A stretch of DNA of 62,765 nucleotides, counting the filler, from Chiloscyllium plagiosum (lineage: Eukaryota): NCBI RefSeq assembly GCF_004010195.1. It is 3 parts of one record of this genome, joined end to end, with 100 filler letters (N's around TTAATTAATTAA, not from the genome) between each part and the next. Parts side by side here need not be neighbours in the genome. Positions count along the whole stretch, not along the records: positions 49,657 to 62,765 come from NC_057712.1; 2 more parts are not named here. One strand, 5' to 3'. Positions 61,266-62,765 of this stretch are shown here, piece by piece. The notes below the pieces were generated by a model. It did not search any database, was not told the DNA's origin, and worked only from the letters and a program-made list of their open reading frames with translations. Within the stretch, counting starts at the first letter, position 1. The number at the start of each line of letters is the position of its first letter. The position numbers were made by a program, and so were the translations under genes.

Positions 61266-62194
61266 GTCCATTCATACCACTGTAGGCTGTCATACCTTCA
61301 GCTGTTTTGGCTTCCACTTCTAATTTGTATCTTTCAAACAACTTGGCCATCATTGTCCTCAAAAAGTCATATTAAACTCAATGCTTTAATTCTTTTTCTC
61401 TCTGTGGCCAGAGCTGCTGGAATTTTCCAAGGCTTTTTGTATTGTATTGACATTACTGTATATTTCCTGATCTTGCTGGAAGAACAGACCCCGCAATTGT
61501 GTGGATTGATGAGGTAATGGCACTAGATGTGTTAACATTGACTCTGATTCTGATCCTCATGAAGTTTCATGACTTGGACAAGAAATCTTCCAGCTGATTC
61601 CTACTTATGACCCTTCCTTGGCATAAGAATTGTTGCTTTTCCATGTTGAATGCCAATTTTAACAAGTACTGAGAGTAGCAAAGGCACAATATATTCCAGG
61701 TAGGAAACTTCAATGAACACCACCAAGAGTGGCTAAGAAGCCCCAGGACTAATGGATCTGGTTGAACCCTTTGAAATTTACTACCCAATTGGGTTTTTTG
61801 CAGGTAATGAGAGAAGGAATACGAGAGAAAAACCTATTTGGTCTTGCCCTCACTAATCTGCATTTCACAACTGTCCAGTTATGGTAAGAATAACCACTGC
61901 ATGTTCTTTGTGAAGACAACGTTCGTTTTCACACTTAACATACTGTCCATCCTGTGTAAGCATGCACTATATTTAAATGAGATAATTTAGAACATCTCTG
62001 ACAGCTCCCAATATGCCACCTATGAAGTGCTGCGGGCCAACAGCAGCACTCAAATTATATTCCACCACAACCTCATTGCTTAACCACCTCCTCATGCTAC
62101 CATTACCGTCAATCCAATGCCCAAACCCTGATTTGCTGAAGATATAGAAAAACGTGCTCAGAATAACATGAATGGTGTACTTAGAATGAACTGC

Positions 62195-62527
62195 CAAGTT
62201 TACAGGATTCTGAAGGGGGAGGGTGAGCAGCAGAAATCGTGGTACATTTTGGCACCAGTGATATTGTCAGGAAAGGGATTGAGCATATGAAAAGTGACTA
62301 CAGACAGTAAGGTTGGAAGCTGAAGAGCAGGATGAGTAGAGTAGTCATCTCAGGTTTGCCATGAGACAGTGAGGTGAGGAGCAGTCAGCGAGTGCAGCTA
62401 AACACGTGGCTGTGAGGCTGGTGCAGGAGGGAGGGCTTCAGATACTTAGACCATTGGGATACCTTCTGGGGAAGGTGGGACCTGTACATGAACAAGGGTT
62501 GCACCTGAACTGGAGGGGCACAAATGT
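62195..62527 (+). mobile_element. CR1 ORF1 esterase remnant
   Basis: VVHFGTSD, RVVISGL, LNTWL, FRYLDHWDTFWGRWDLYMNKGLHLN. Confidence 0.8.
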
Positions 62528-62765
62528 CAATAGACAATAGGTGCAGGAGTAGGCCATTCAGCCCTTCGAGCCTGCACCGCCATTCAATATAATCATGGCT
62601 GATCATTCCTAATCAGTATCCTGTTCCTGCCTTATCTCCATAACCCTTGATTCCACTATCTTTGAGAGCTCTATCCAACTCCTTAAATGAATCCAGAGAG
62701 TGGGCCTCCATTGCCCTCTGGGGCAGAGCATTCCACACAGCCACCACTCTCTGGGTGAAGTAGTT
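62528..62765 (-). mobile_element. Young CR1 3' end (same subfamily as 864-2963)
   Basis: Reverse complement nearly identical to about 2718-2959. Confidence 0.93.

Noticed and set aside
1..62765. CRISPR arrays, operons or other prokaryotic systems
   Set aside because: No regularly spaced direct repeats or dense coding; the sequence is clearly vertebrate intronic and intergenic DNA.

Overview
Vertebrate genomic DNA, almost certainly from a cartilaginous fish (shark-type HE1 V-SINE, DeuSINE, CR1, Rex1/Babar, RTE, L2 and Penelope repeats). It is repeat-rich and AT-rich, with four assembly gaps. Most ORFs in the track are decayed retroelement fragments or chance. Two host genes can be read by hand. 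(1) The 3' end of an unidentified minus-strand gene: six small, phase-compatible GT-AG exons over about 46 kb (53978-53913, 42266-42210, 28644-28605, 20719-20624, 19435-19389, 8005-7889). They join into one open 140-aa C-terminal peptide followed by AATAAA. (2) An intact 256-aa coiled-coil-rich ORF (11973-12743, + strand) nested antisense in the last intron of that gene. The window also holds about a dozen short Penelope-derived elements of four sequence families. Many are fold-backs, three have target-site duplications, and they carry minimal hammerhead-ribozyme cores (CUGANGA-stem-GAAA). Gene identities could not be assigned without a database search, and repeat boundaries are approximate.
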